Numbered from the stretch's first letter, positions 19,324-29,584 are shown. The stretch is DNA of 56,432 nt from an uncultured bacterium (GCA_965369865.1 CBDURU010000009.1:1-56432); one strand, 5' to 3'. The notes: generated from the sequence alone by a model not told the origin. Translations and numbers: made by a program.

Positions 19324-21335
19324 CCTGAATCCTTCCCGGCAATCCAGGAGTCGTACCAGAGCCCGAGATTCAGAAGCGACCAGACCGGGTATCCATAATC
19401 GCGGCCCTTGTACCGGTGATCGTTGAGAATATCGATCGCGCAGTCGAAATCAACCAGTCCTTCATCCCTTAATTTTGTGTTCCTGAAAATCGACTCCGCT
19501 TTATCTCCCAGTGAACCCCTCAACCATGATTTCACAGGCGCATCGAAGCCCATTTTCTTCCGGTCGATAATTTCATCGGGGATCAATCCCCTCACCGCTT
19601 CCTTCATTATGTATTTGGGGACATTGTTTTTAACTTTCAATGCTCCGGGGATGTTCATCGAGAACTCGACCATCTTGTGATCGAGATATGGAACCCTCGC
19701 TTCGACCGATGTCGACATTGTGATTTTATCAACCCGCATTAATAAAAGCTCCACGAGTCGAAGTTTCATTTCAAGGTAGACCATTCGCTCGATATAATCC
19801 GCGGATGGTTTCCGGCTGTCGAATTTTGAAAGGTATTCATCCACGACGCCGTAGCTGTCGAGCTTTTTGAATTTCGCGGGCACCCATCCAACGGGATCGT
19901 CGATGTAATCCTCCCCGAAAGCCCGGCCTTCCCAGTGGTTTCGATCCTTGATAATTTCGTTCTTGAATCCCTCCATGTAACAGATTCCACCCCCCCAGAA
20001 CAGCTCGCGATCCTTCCATGCCCGGTAAACGATGTCCTTTTTCCCGCGCCAGCGATCGTCGATCGATCTCATGAGCGACGTGCAGCCATACGCGGCCGCC
20101 TGCATGAATTTCGGGAGTTTTCTCAAGGGGTTCCAGTATTTTTCAAGCCAGCCAAGCAGCGTCATGAAATGGTCGTACCCGATGAACTGCTCATCCGATC
20201 CCTCTCCGACCTGTACCACGATCGTGCCGGAATCCCTGACCAGCTTGCTTACGAAATAGAGCGGGACACATACCCAGTCGGCGATCGGTTCGTCCTGCGA
20301 CACAACAAGCCGATCGAGATAGGCCATCATGTCACTGGAATCGATCAGGATTTCATGGTGCTCGGTCTTGAAAAGGTCACGGATTTTTCTTGCATGTTCG
20401 AACTCGTTGTATTCTTCATGGTTTTTGAACCCGACGGTAAATGTTTTAACCGGACGATCCATAACCGCGTCCATCAATGCTACATTCGTGCTTGAATCGA
20501 TCCCCCCGGAGAGGAATACCCCGAACGGCACATCCGACATCATACGTTTCTCAACAGACGATCCGAGGATTTTCCGAAGTTCCGATTTCACCCAGGTTTC
20601 ATCACTGTAGCGGTCATCTTCGGGAATGGGCATAATCGCGTCCCACCATTGCCGGCCGGAGATTTTATGCTCACTCGAATCCGTTTTAAACTGGATCTCT
20701 ATCAGGTGCCCCGCGGGGATTTTCCCAATGCCCTTAAACATGGTCATCGGCGCCGGGGTGGTGAGGAATGATAAAAAATGGTAGCAGGCGAGCGGGTTAA
20801 GCTCGGGTGAAACATTCGGATGCGCGACCATCGCCTTGATTTCCGAACCGAAAAAGCATATCCCGTTCTGGAATTTGTAATAGAGCGGTTTGATTCCGAT
20901 CCTGTCCCGAACCAGCCATACACGTTGCTTTTCAGAATCGTAAAAACAGAACGCGAACATGCCATCGAACCGGTCAAGGGAATCAAGCCCCCACTCCATC
21001 AGGGAATGAAGAACCGTTTCGGTGTCGCTTCGCCCCGCAAACCGGTGTCCAAGCTCCGAAAGTTCCTTCCTGATTTTCTCATGATTGTAAATTTCGCCGT
21101 TGTAAACGATGTGGTACCGTCCGCAGGAGGAATGCATCGGCTGCGCGCCGGCCGGTGAAAGATCGATTATCGAAAGACGGGTATGGGCGAATCCGACCCG
21201 ACCGTCCGGTGATTTCCAGACGCCGTTGCCGTCCGGACCACGGTGGGTGATCGAATCGCCCATGCGTTTAAGATCGGACTCGCGGATATCGGTACGCTGT
21301 CCGGTGTAATTGAGTATGCCCGCGATTCCACACAT
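19320..21335 (-). CDS. asnB: Asparagine synthase (glutamine-hydrolysing) family amidotransferase
   Basis: MCGIAG Ntn start at 21335, HRGPD, NGEIYNH, FLSGGIDSS, GEGSDE, SVEARVPYLD, RKKMGF. Confidence 0.93.
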   Translation of the reverse strand: MCGIAGILNYTGQRTDIRESDLKRMGDSITHRGPDGNGVWKSPDGRVGFAHTRLSIIDLSPAGAQPMHSSCGRYHIVYNGEIYNHEKIRKELSELGHRFAGRSDTETVLHSLMEWGLDSLDRFDGMFAFCFYDSEKQRVWLVRDRIGIKPLYYKFQNGICFFGSEIKAMVAHPNVSPELNPLACYHFLSFLTTPAPMTMFKGIGKIPAGHLIEIQFKTDSSEHKISGRQWWDAIMPIPEDDRYSDETWVKSELRKILGSSVEKRMMSDVPFGVFLSGGIDSSTNVALMDAVMDRPVKTFTVGFKNHEEYNEFEHARKIRDLFKTEHHEILIDSSDMMAYLDRLVVSQDEPIADWVCVPLYFVSKLVRDSGTIVVQVGEGSDEQFIGYDHFMTLLGWLEKYWNPLRKLPKFMQAAAYGCTSLMRSIDDRWRGKKDIVYRAWKDRELFWGGGICYMEGFKNEIIKDRNHWEGRAFGEDYIDDPVGWVPAKFKKLDSYGVVDEYLSKFDSRKPSADYIERMVYLEMKLRLVELLLMRVDKITMSTSVEARVPYLDHKMVEFSMNIPGALKVKNNVPKYIMKEAVRGLIPDEIIDRKKMGFDAPVKSWLRGSLGDKAESIFRNTKLRDEGLVDFDCAIDILNDHRYKGRDYGYPVWSLLNLGLWYDSWIAGKDSG

Positions 21336-21510
21336 ATACTGGGGCAATCATACGGGGGGGATGTGGAGTTAGCAACTCGACTACGGATGCATCATGGAAA
21401 AACTAAAAGATTACTCTCCCTCCCTTTTTTTGGGTATACTTGGCCCAGTAGCTTGATCTATTAAATTTTCACCAGCGATACTCACAGCCGGAGGAGAGGG
21501 ATAAAAGCAC

Positions 21511-22728
21511 ATGCTTGAAAAGATGCGCCGATATGCCCGCAACATTACCTGGCTTAACAGCGTGGTTCAGGCGGCGCGTGATTTTAAGGACAATCTGAAA
21601 CTCCCCGAGGCCGCGAGAAGGGAATCCCAGAGCGACAGTGCAGGCCTTCCGACTGAAGATCCCGGCCTCGATCGCGCAATTGACTCCGGCATCGAGTGGC
21701 TCTGCCTCGCGCAGGACAAATCGACATCGGTTGACGGTGGAGTAGCATGGGCTTACAGCCTCATCGACGGCTGGGGTACTTCCTATCCCGAAACCACGGG
21801 CTACATTGTCCCGACAATGCTCGAATACGCGAAGTTGCGTGGTGATGAAACGATCCGGGACCGCGCAAAACGCATGCTCGACTGGCTGGTTTCGATACAG
21901 TTTGAAGGTGGCGCTTTCCAGGGCGGGGTGATCGACGCGGGTGCTGTGGTGCCTGTCACGTTCAACACCGGACAGGTGCTTCTAGGACTCGCAAGCGGGG
22001 TGAAGGAATTCGGCGATGAATACCTCGAGCCGATGTGCCGTGCCGCCGACTGGCTTGTCGAAACACAGGATCCCGACGGATGCTGGCGGAAATATCCAAC
22101 CCCCTATGCAACACCGGGCGAAAAGGCATACGAAACCCACGTCGCGTGGGGTCTTCTCGAAGCCGCGCGCCTTGAATCCGGCAAACCCTATGCTGAAACC
22201 GCTCTCGGGAATATTCGATGGGCTCTGACCCGTCAGAACGATGCCGGATGGTTTGCATACTGCTGCCTGACCGACCCATCGAAGCCGCTTACGCATACAC
22301 TGGGGTATGTCCTTCGGGGGATAATCGAAGCTTACCTTTTCACTAATAACGATGAATTTCTGCAAGCCTCCATAAGAACCGCTGACGGAATGCTGGGGGC
22401 CATTAAAGAAGACGGATTTATTCCGGGCCGATTGTATTCCGACTGGAGCGGCGCGGTTGGGTGGGCATGTCTTGTGGGAAGCATGCAGATCGCGCATTGC
22501 TGGCTGCTTTTGTACCGGATCACAGGCGACGAGCGATATCGCAATGCTGCGTATACCGCGAACAGGTATGTCCGCCGCACGATGAAAACATCCGGTGCAA
22601 TAAAAGGCTCATTTCCGGTGAACGGAAAATACAGCCCATACATGTACATCAATTGGGCGTGCAAATTTTTCGTGGACTCGAACATGTGTGAAAAAGAAAT
22701 TCGCGATGGAGAAGGGACCGACGAGTGA
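21511..22728 (+). CDS. Alpha/alpha-barrel protein with prenyltransferase/squalene-cyclase-like repeats
   Basis: SYPETTGY, WLVSIQ..GG.F, FNTGQ, WLVETQDPDGCW, NWACKFF. Confidence 0.75.
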   Translation: MLEKMRRYARNITWLNSVVQAARDFKDNLKLPEAARRESQSDSAGLPTEDPGLDRAIDSGIEWLCLAQDKSTSVDGGVAWAYSLIDGWGTSYPETTGYIVPTMLEYAKLRGDETIRDRAKRMLDWLVSIQFEGGAFQGGVIDAGAVVPVTFNTGQVLLGLASGVKEFGDEYLEPMCRAADWLVETQDPDGCWRKYPTPYATPGEKAYETHVAWGLLEAARLESGKPYAETALGNIRWALTRQNDAGWFAYCCLTDPSKPLTHTLGYVLRGIIEAYLFTNNDEFLQASIRTADGMLGAIKEDGFIPGRLYSDWSGAVGWACLVGSMQIAHCWLLLYRITGDERYRNAAYTANRYVRRTMKTSGAIKGSFPVNGKYSPYMYINWACKFFVDSNMCEKEIRDGEGTDE

Positions 22729-23675
22729 CACTTAAGGACAAACTCAAGGGAATCTACAGGTTTTTCAAGTACGGTCTCAGGGCGAGGGAGATAAAACGAA
22801 CCGCTCCGAAAATCACCATGGAACGGCTTGTCGGGGACCTTCGAAACATTGGAGTATGTGAGGGCGATGTGGTCCTTCTTCATTCATCGCTCAAGAGCAT
22901 CGGGTATGTCGATGGGGGGCCGAATACGGTCTTAAAAGCTCTTTTAGAGGCAATCACACCTTCCGGGACTCTCGTTGTCCCTGCCTATCACATGGTCAAT
23001 TACAATATGTACGACACCTGCCTCGACAAGAAGTACGTCTTCGATCCCAGAACTGCGGACACCTTCCTGGGTCTTATTCCATCGGCCTTCCTGAAATTTC
23101 CCGGCATTGAGAGAAGCATCCATCCAACTCACTCGGTTTCGGCGGTCGGCAGGGACGCGAAATACATAACCGAGGCGCATCACCTCGCTTCATGCACTTT
23201 CGGTACCGATTCGCCATGGGACAGGCTCATGAAGCTGGACGGCAAGGTGCTGGGATTGGGAGTAACGATGAGTCCTGTCGGCCTTTACCATACACTTGAA
23301 GATATGCTCCTGGATGAATTTCCGATAGGTGCAAGGATGCCGGAAACCTACCGGGTTAGCTGCAGGGACTGGAATGGCAATCTGATTAAGGTTTCCGTAA
23401 ACCCTCACGATCCGAAAATTGCGGAGAAGCGGATTGACAGGAATACTTACCTGGCGGACTATTTCGGGAACGAGTTTAGTCACAGAGGATTACTGAGGAT
23501 CGGGAAAATCGGGGAAGCCGTCTCGTGGTTGGTATCGGCACGCAAGTTTTACGATCATCTGCTTGTCCTCCTGAACGAAGGCATCACCATTTATTCCACC
23601 CCGGATGAGTTGAAGAAACGCCCGATTCCCACAGTTGACTCACAGGCGACCCATACAATTCCCTTTATGCTATAA
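22725..23675 (+). CDS. AAC(3)-family N-acetyltransferase
   Basis: LLHSSLKSIG..GG, GTLVVP, RSIHPTHS..A.G, GKVLGLGV. Confidence 0.88.
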   Translation: MTLKDKLKGIYRFFKYGLRAREIKRTAPKITMERLVGDLRNIGVCEGDVVLLHSSLKSIGYVDGGPNTVLKALLEAITPSGTLVVPAYHMVNYNMYDTCLDKKYVFDPRTADTFLGLIPSAFLKFPGIERSIHPTHSVSAVGRDAKYITEAHHLASCTFGTDSPWDRLMKLDGKVLGLGVTMSPVGLYHTLEDMLLDEFPIGARMPETYRVSCRDWNGNLIKVSVNPHDPKIAEKRIDRNTYLADYFGNEFSHRGLLRIGKIGEAVSWLVSARKFYDHLLVLLNEGITIYSTPDELKKRPIPTVDSQATHTIPFML

Positions 23676-23713
23676 TCGATCGCAGTGTTTATCCATGGCG
23701 GATTGAATAGATT

Positions 23714-24730
23714 ATGGACTCCTCAATCTATAAAAATTGCTCAGTCCTCGTTACCGGCGGGGCTGGATTTATCGGATCGCATTTAGCCGAATACCTCCTC
23801 GATAATGGACATGCGGTAACCATCCTGGACGACCTCTCCACAGGCTCGATGAAAAATATAAACGGGCTCCTGGCAAACCCTCATGTAAAATTCATCGAAG
23901 GAACCATCCTCGATCCCAAACTTGTCGACCACTTTGTCGCTAAAGCGGAGCTGGTATTTCATTTAGCGGCAGTTGTCGGTGTGAAAAACGTGGTCGATTT
24001 CCCGCGTCATGGAATCGAGGTAAATGTCGGGGGAACCGAGAATATTCTGAAATCAGCCTCAAAACACCGGTCTCGAGTGGTGCTTGCGTCATCATCGGAA
24101 GTCTACGGCATCTCAAAAGACATTCCATTTCGAGAGGACGGTGACCGTGTGCTTGGCCCCACCAATGTCCAGCGATGGAGCTATGCCGCGAGTAAAGCGC
24201 TCGATGAACATCTGGGCCTGACATACTCATCCGAAGGACTGCCGGTTTCTATGGTCAGGTACTTCAACGCGTACGGTCCAAGAATCAAGGAATCCGGTTA
24301 CGGATCGGTAATCGCGAGATTCATATCCCAGGCTTTTCGCGGGGAAAAACTTACCCTCTACGGCGATGGCGACCAGACCCGTTCATTCACATATATCGCC
24401 GACACCGTACGCGGAACCTACCTGGTCGGAACCCATCCTGCCGCGGTCGGGGAAATTTTCAATATCGGTACCGAAGTGGAGACATCTGTTAAGGACCTCG
24501 CCACGGAAATATGCAAGCTGCTTCTGGTGACGCCGGAATTCGAGACAGTCCGGTTCGAGGATGTTTTCGGGCCTGATTTCCAGGATATTTCCAGGCGAGT
24601 CCCGTGCATGGAAAAAGCGAGTAAATTACTCGGATTCAGCCCGGAATATTCACTGGTTGAAGGTCTTAAAAAAACAATAGAATGGGCTAAAGAGCATTAT
24701 AAATCCGCAAATTCCACCCAGGCGAAGTGA
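23714..24730 (+). CDS. NAD-dependent sugar epimerase/dehydratase
   Basis: VTGGAGFIGSH, SSSEVYG, YAASK, RYFNAYGP, GDGDQTRSF. Confidence 0.93.
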   Translation: MDSSIYKNCSVLVTGGAGFIGSHLAEYLLDNGHAVTILDDLSTGSMKNINGLLANPHVKFIEGTILDPKLVDHFVAKAELVFHLAAVVGVKNVVDFPRHGIEVNVGGTENILKSASKHRSRVVLASSSEVYGISKDIPFREDGDRVLGPTNVQRWSYAASKALDEHLGLTYSSEGLPVSMVRYFNAYGPRIKESGYGSVIARFISQAFRGEKLTLYGDGDQTRSFTYIADTVRGTYLVGTHPAAVGEIFNIGTEVETSVKDLATEICKLLLVTPEFETVRFEDVFGPDFQDISRRVPCMEKASKLLGFSPEYSLVEGLKKTIEWAKEHYKSANSTQAK

Positions 24731-26118
24731 TGGATATGGAACCCTCAACAGCAATTATAGAAAACGAAACCGCCCAGAAACTACTCGGCAAGATCGACAG
24801 CCGTTCGGCAAGGATCACTGTCGTGGGAGTTGGATATGTCGGGCTTCCGCTGGCAATTCATTTCGTCGAGGATGGTTTTAATGTTGAAGGCTACGATGTC
24901 AACGCGGAAACAGTTAAGAATCTGAATAGCGGGGTAACACACATAAAGGACGTGCCATCGGAAAGGGTCAAAAACGCGGTCGACTCGGGAAAATTCCACG
25001 CGACATCGGACGAGTCTGTCCTGGACGATTCGGACATTGTATTCATCTGTGTGCCGACTCCGTTTACAAAAAATAAAACGCCTGATATTTCTTTCATAGA
25101 AAAAGCCACGGAAACCATCGCGAGACATCTCCATCCGGGGATGCTGATTATTCTCGAAAGCACCACCTACCCGGGCACAACCCTGGAAATTGTAAAACCA
25201 CCGCTCGACGCGAGGGGATTTGTAGAAGGCAGGGATTATTTTCTCGTATTTTCACCGGAGCGGGTTGATCCCGGTAACGAGGTTTTCACGATAGCGAACA
25301 CTCCGAAAGTGGTTGGAGGAATTTCGGCCGTTTCTACCGACCTGTGCTGCCACCTTTACGCGCATCTCGTCGGCGAGGATAAAGTCGTACCGGTTTCGTC
25401 CCCGACTGTCGCCGAGATGGTCAAGCTTCTCGAAAACACTTTCCGTGCGGTTAATATCGCGCTGATTTTCGAATTAACCTTCCTGTGCCACCGGATGGGA
25501 ATAAATATCTGGGACGTCATAAACGCCGCGTCGACTAAACCGTTCGGATTCATGCCGTTCTACCCGTCACCGGGCGTCGGTGGACATTGCATCCCTGTCG
25601 ATCCTTATTACCTTTACTGGAAAGGCCGGGAGTACGATTTCCATACGCGATTCATCGAACTTGCCGCAGAAACGAATCTCCGAATGCCCGACTGGGTGCT
25701 CCAGCGTGTAACGAGAGTTTTAAACCGTACGGGGAAGTCGATGAAGGACGCGAAAATCCTCGCTCTCGGGGCAACATTCAAACCGAACTGCGACGATGCC
25801 CGTAACTCCCCCGCTTTGCGAGTGATCGAGCTGCTCCTTCACCACGACGCGGATGTATCATATAACGATCCGTATGTGCCGCATATCGAACTGGGTTCAT
25901 CGAATGGCGATTTCTCACCGGTACTCGATAATCCCGTGAAACTCGATTCGGTTGCGATAACAGATGAAATAATCGAGAATGCCGACCTTGTTATCTGCCT
26001 TGTGAATCATTCAGACTACGATTGGAGCCGGATAATCGGAAAAAGTAAATTGTTTTTCGATACACGCGGGGTCTCGATCGGATTCCCTGAATTTGAGGAC
26101 AAAGTGTCGTTACTGTAA
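24727..26118 (+). CDS. Nucleotide-sugar dehydrogenase (UDP-GlcNAc/UDP-ManNAc 6-dehydrogenase type)
   Basis: GVGYVGLP, ICVPTP, LESTTYPG, FSPERVDPG, KLLENTFRAVNI, GGHCIPVDP. Confidence 0.93.
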   Translation: MMDMEPSTAIIENETAQKLLGKIDSRSARITVVGVGYVGLPLAIHFVEDGFNVEGYDVNAETVKNLNSGVTHIKDVPSERVKNAVDSGKFHATSDESVLDDSDIVFICVPTPFTKNKTPDISFIEKATETIARHLHPGMLIILESTTYPGTTLEIVKPPLDARGFVEGRDYFLVFSPERVDPGNEVFTIANTPKVVGGISAVSTDLCCHLYAHLVGEDKVVPVSSPTVAEMVKLLENTFRAVNIALIFELTFLCHRMGINIWDVINAASTKPFGFMPFYPSPGVGGHCIPVDPYYLYWKGREYDFHTRFIELAAETNLRMPDWVLQRVTRVLNRTGKSMKDAKILALGATFKPNCDDARNSPALRVIELLLHHDADVSYNDPYVPHIELGSSNGDFSPVLDNPVKLDSVAITDEIIENADLVICLVNHSDYDWSRIIGKSKLFFDTRGVSIGFPEFEDKVSLL

Positions 26119-26150
26119 TAAGTCGGCCCCCCCCAAAACACTAATAAACC

Positions 26151-26179
26151 TTGCTCTGACGGCTGTTTTGTGGTATATA
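26151..26179 (+). promoter_or_regulatory. Putative rpmB promoter
   Basis: TTGCTC-N17-TATATA with extended TG. Confidence 0.45.
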
Positions 26180-26213
26180 TCTCTGGCTTTAGATTTTGAA
26201 GCGAGGTTTTGTT

Positions 26214-26405
26214 ATGAGTAGAGTTTGTCAAATCACAGGAAAACGACCGCGAGCCGGAAATAAAATCTGCCATTCGCAGAAACACAATAAGCGTGTCTTT
26301 CTGCCAAACGTCAAGAAAAAGACCCTCATCATCAACGGCAGGAAAGTCAAGATGAAGATCAGCATGCGAGCATTACGCACGCTTGAAAAGAAGGGCCTGA
26401 TTTAA
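26214..26405 (+). CDS. rpmB: 50S ribosomal protein L28
   Basis: MSRVCQITGKRP..GN.I.HS....KRVFLPN...KISMRALRTL. Confidence 0.96.
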   Translation: MSRVCQITGKRPRAGNKICHSQKHNKRVFLPNVKKKTLIINGRKVKMKISMRALRTLEKKGLI

Positions 26406-26437
26406 TTATATTTCGATTCTTAACTCTGTAATTAACA

Positions 26438-26464
26438 CCGGGATTCACAGCCCGGTTTTTTTTT
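26438..26464 (+). terminator. Intrinsic terminator after rpmB
   Basis: CCGGG-N8-CCCGG-T9. Confidence 0.75.
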
Positions 26465-26507
26465 ATAGGAAAAATTAATCATTTTTAACCATCGAAAAAA
26501 CGACATC

Positions 26508-26595
26508 CCGTAGAACAGCACGGCAGTGCGTCTTCCACCTTAAAACAATCCATTCGACGCACTGCCATTCGACGCACTGCCGTGCTGTTCTACGG
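26508..26595. repeat. REPIN-like element: perfect 25-bp inverted repeat with GTAG motif
   Basis: CCGTAGAACAGCACGGCAGTGCGTC (26508-26532) is the reverse complement of 26571-26595; internal 15-nt duplication. Confidence 0.85.
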
Positions 26596-26723
26596 TAAAT
26601 TCATTTCTCACTTAAATCGTAATCATCCGGGAACCTGTAAATCAATCCGGAGTGTCCGAAAATGATTAATACCTGGTATATTCAAATGCACGAATCATCC
26701 CGGTAAGGTACAATAAAAACTGA

Positions 26724-26987
26724 ATGTCAGGACAGATCCTCAGAATTGTTTACTATCTCGTCGTAGCGTTTGTAATAGGCACTGCAGCGCAATATATCAC
26801 CGGCTACCATAAACAACGCGTCTTCACAACCTTCGTGCTTGGATTCATCGGGGTAATAGCAGGGGACCTCATCGCCTCGCATTTTTCCCTGCCCGACCTT
26901 TATTTCTTTGGCATTTCAATCCTGTGGTCAGTTCTCGGGGCGGTCGTTTTCGTTCTGTTATTCCGGATTATCCGGGGGCAATGGTAA
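26724..26987 (+). CDS. GlsB/YeaQ/YmgE transglycosylase-associated membrane protein
   Basis: Three TMs with IGTAA, LGFIGVIAG and SVLGAVV. Confidence 0.75.
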   Translation: MSGQILRIVYYLVVAFVIGTAAQYITGYHKQRVFTTFVLGFIGVIAGDLIASHFSLPDLYFFGISILWSVLGAVVFVLLFRIIRGQW

Positions 26988-27069
26988 CCATACAGCGTTC
27001 ATATTTGAACGTTTGCCCGGCGCTACGCTTCTTAACAGTAAAACCTGGTGTTAATAAGGGATGTGCGAT

Positions 27070-27624
27070 ATGAACTTCAGAACAATTGCTTTTATCGCCC
27101 TGGTGCTGGCTCTGTTGAGCATCGGGATTTACTGGTTTATAAATCGTCCTACGCCCGAAGAACGCGCGATGGTAAATTTTTTCGCCGAATTTAAAAAAAG
27201 CCATTACGAAGAAGCGGAAGATTATACCCTCGGTTCGGATTTCTGGAGAATGGCAGCGGACACATCGGTACGCGACACCAACGGACAGACCTACACGATC
27301 GGCGAGTATTTCCCCGAAAGCCGCAAAGCCATCTTACAGTTCTCGGTCGAAACGTACGTCAAACCCCACATCGCGAAATGGAAGTACCTTTCCATGGACA
27401 CAACGAGACTCACCGATACCGATTCCGCCGTTCATTTCAGGATCGAGCTGTCGATCCGGGACTTTACCGGTGGAAACATGCTTGGGGTTGTAGACGAGGG
27501 GCTCATGGAGGGCACAGCTTATATGGAAAAGGAAAACGACGACTGGAAGGTCGAACGGTTTGATCTGACATTTTTCTCCGATGGGGGTCTCGAACTCGCC
27601 CCATACCTTGAACGCGCACAGTAA
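27070..27624 (+). CDS. Hypothetical protein with N-terminal membrane anchor
   Basis: N-terminal TM; NTF2-like ending KENDDWKV. Confidence 0.65.
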   Translation: MNFRTIAFIALVLALLSIGIYWFINRPTPEERAMVNFFAEFKKSHYEEAEDYTLGSDFWRMAADTSVRDTNGQTYTIGEYFPESRKAILQFSVETYVKPHIAKWKYLSMDTTRLTDTDSAVHFRIELSIRDFTGGNMLGVVDEGLMEGTAYMEKENDDWKVERFDLTFFSDGGLELAPYLERAQ

Positions 27625-27741
27625 ACAGTACCGCGAACGTCAGTGAGTGGCCTTAACTACTAATAGTAACAGTACCGCGAACGTCAGTGAGTGGCCTTAA
27701 CTACTAATAGTAACAGTACCACGAACGTCAGTGAGTGGCCT
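27624..27741. repeat. 44-nt tandem repeat (~2.7 copies) of a REP-like unit
   Basis: AACAGTACCGCGAACGTCAGTGAGTGGCCTTAACTACTAATAGT at 27624 and 27668, partial copy at 27712. Confidence 0.92.
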
Positions 27742-27824
27742 GCCAACTGCAATTACATAGCTTGTAAAGTCTGGTTTTGTGGATAAACGAAAAGGTAAAC
27801 CCGTTCAGGAGGGAAACATAATTT

Positions 27825-29150
27825 TTATTCCTCGTGAAGATTGAATATCTCGTACTGGTCCCTCAGCGCTTTGATACGTTCGGGATTCATCATCACGCAT
27901 TCCGACGGCTCTACTTCCCTCCTGGCGACATCGAGCGCAAATTCCTCGCATGTGGGCGAACCGCACAGCCCGCAATCGAGTCCGGGAAGCTCGTTAACAA
28001 AACCCTCCAGGACCTTAACCTTCTCTATCCGTTCAATGATGCTGATCGTGCCCTCGGAATCTATAGGTCGGGGTCTAAGCGGCTGCTCGATGAAATAATC
28101 ACCTTTTACGTAATATTTATCTATCAGTTCTTCCGAACTTAGATCATCTTCGTCGGCAGTATTTGTAATAAGTTCGAGCTTACTCATTGCCACAAACCGG
28201 TCATCGACAGTTAACGGTCCCCCGAGACATCCTCCCGTACATGCATGACACTCCAGGAACTCGATATCCTTGATTTTTCCTTTCTCTAAGTCCTCGATAA
28301 CCTGGATGATGTTCGGAAGCTGAGCTACTACAATATGATGTGGAGCGTTGAGGGCATTTGCGAGGCTACCGGTAACCGGAAATTTCAGGTAGAGTAAACT
28401 CCTTGACTCCCCTTCTGTTAAAACAAGCCGTTCATCCTTTGCCGCACGTTTCTTCCTGGTGATCTCAAGAAGGAGCGGGTTGTATATATCCTTGATACTC
28501 AGGGCTATGTCAAGGTGGCTTTTTACACCCTCTGCGGGGGACTTAATCGAAGCCATTTTCGCCGGGCAGGGCGTGATGTAAATCGCGCCAATATCGCGTT
28601 CCGGGATTCCAAGTTTTTTAGTGTAATAACGCTTTGCGGCACGGCCCGCCAGTTCTCTTGGCGGCTGCAAAGGTACGATTTGTTTGACCATTGCGGGATA
28701 CGACACCTGAAGCAGCCTGATAACTACCGGACACATGGATGAGATAACCGGGTACGGACCTTTATATTCATCCATGTAATCTTTAAGCGCCTGTGTATAG
28801 AGCTCAGTTTCCAGTGAAAGATTAAAAACCGCATCAAACCCGATCGCCTTCAAACCCTCACCGATGTCCGTTGGTGAAATCGACCTCGAAAATTGCCCGT
28901 AAAGGACGGATGAAACAACCGCAACTTTGAATTTGAATTTCTTCAGGCTTTCCTTCGAATCAGTCCTTGCCTGTATGGCACCTTCAGGGCAGGCGACAAT
29001 GCAGTCTCCGCAGTCGATACAAAGCTTCGGCTTGATAGATACCTTCCTCTTCCTCACCCGAATCGCGTGCGTCGGGCATACGCGCATACATGCGAGTCTG
29101 CCCTTGCATCTATCGGGGTAAATTTTCAATGCCGGTAACGTATCAATCAT
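27825..29150 (-). CDS. [FeFe]-hydrogenase-like Fe-S protein (group D/sensory type)
   Basis: N-terminal 2x[4Fe-4S]; H-cluster-like motifs ISSMCP, ITPCPAK, ECHACTGGCLGGP; C-terminal DCGLCGSPTC Fe-S domain. Confidence 0.82.
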   Translation of the reverse strand: MIDTLPALKIYPDRCKGRLACMRVCPTHAIRVRKRKVSIKPKLCIDCGDCIVACPEGAIQARTDSKESLKKFKFKVAVVSSVLYGQFSRSISPTDIGEGLKAIGFDAVFNLSLETELYTQALKDYMDEYKGPYPVISSMCPVVIRLLQVSYPAMVKQIVPLQPPRELAGRAAKRYYTKKLGIPERDIGAIYITPCPAKMASIKSPAEGVKSHLDIALSIKDIYNPLLLEITRKKRAAKDERLVLTEGESRSLLYLKFPVTGSLANALNAPHHIVVAQLPNIIQVIEDLEKGKIKDIEFLECHACTGGCLGGPLTVDDRFVAMSKLELITNTADEDDLSSEELIDKYYVKGDYFIEQPLRPRPIDSEGTISIIERIEKVKVLEGFVNELPGLDCGLCGSPTCEEFALDVARREVEPSECVMMNPERIKALRDQYEIFNLHEE

Positions 29151-29584
29151 TTCTGCTCATGATGAATAGTGATTCGGACCCATGTGCCTTTGCCGACCTC
29201 GCTTTCAATTTCAAAATCGTCCGCGGACTTCTTTATGTTCGGCAGTCCCATACCGGCTCCGAATCCCATTTCGCGCATTTCATCCGATGCAGTAGAATAT
29301 CCTTCCTGCATCGCGAGATCGATATCCTTAATTCCAGGCCCCCTGTCGGCTACATTTATGATAACACTTGCCGTAGTCAGGATGAATTCTATTTCGCCTT
29401 TCTCGGCATGGATCACAACATTCATCTCGGCTTCAAAACTGGCTATCGCTACTTTGCGTATTAAGTCGTTATCAATGCCGGTTGTTTTCAATATTTTTTT
29501 TATCTGCGTAGAAACTTCACCGGCTTTATCAAAATCTCCCCCGGTGACTGGGAATTTCTTATTATAAAGGGCTTCCTCGCTCAT
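29147..29584 (-). CDS. Anti-sigma factor-type Ser/Thr kinase (RsbW/RsbT-like HATPase)
   Basis: FEAEMNVVIHA, DRGPGI, GFGAGMGL; ATG at 29584 overlaps the upstream TGA. Confidence 0.88.
   Translation of the reverse strand: MSEEALYNKKFPVTGGDFDKAGEVSTQIKKILKTTGIDNDLIRKVAIASFEAEMNVVIHAEKGEIEFILTTASVIINVADRGPGIKDIDLAMQEGYSTASDEMREMGFGAGMGLPNIKKSADDFEIESEVGKGTWVRITIHHEQK

Noticed and set aside
27624..27741. Possible CRISPR array
   Set aside because: The sequences between repeats are identical rather than unique spacers, and no cas genes are present.
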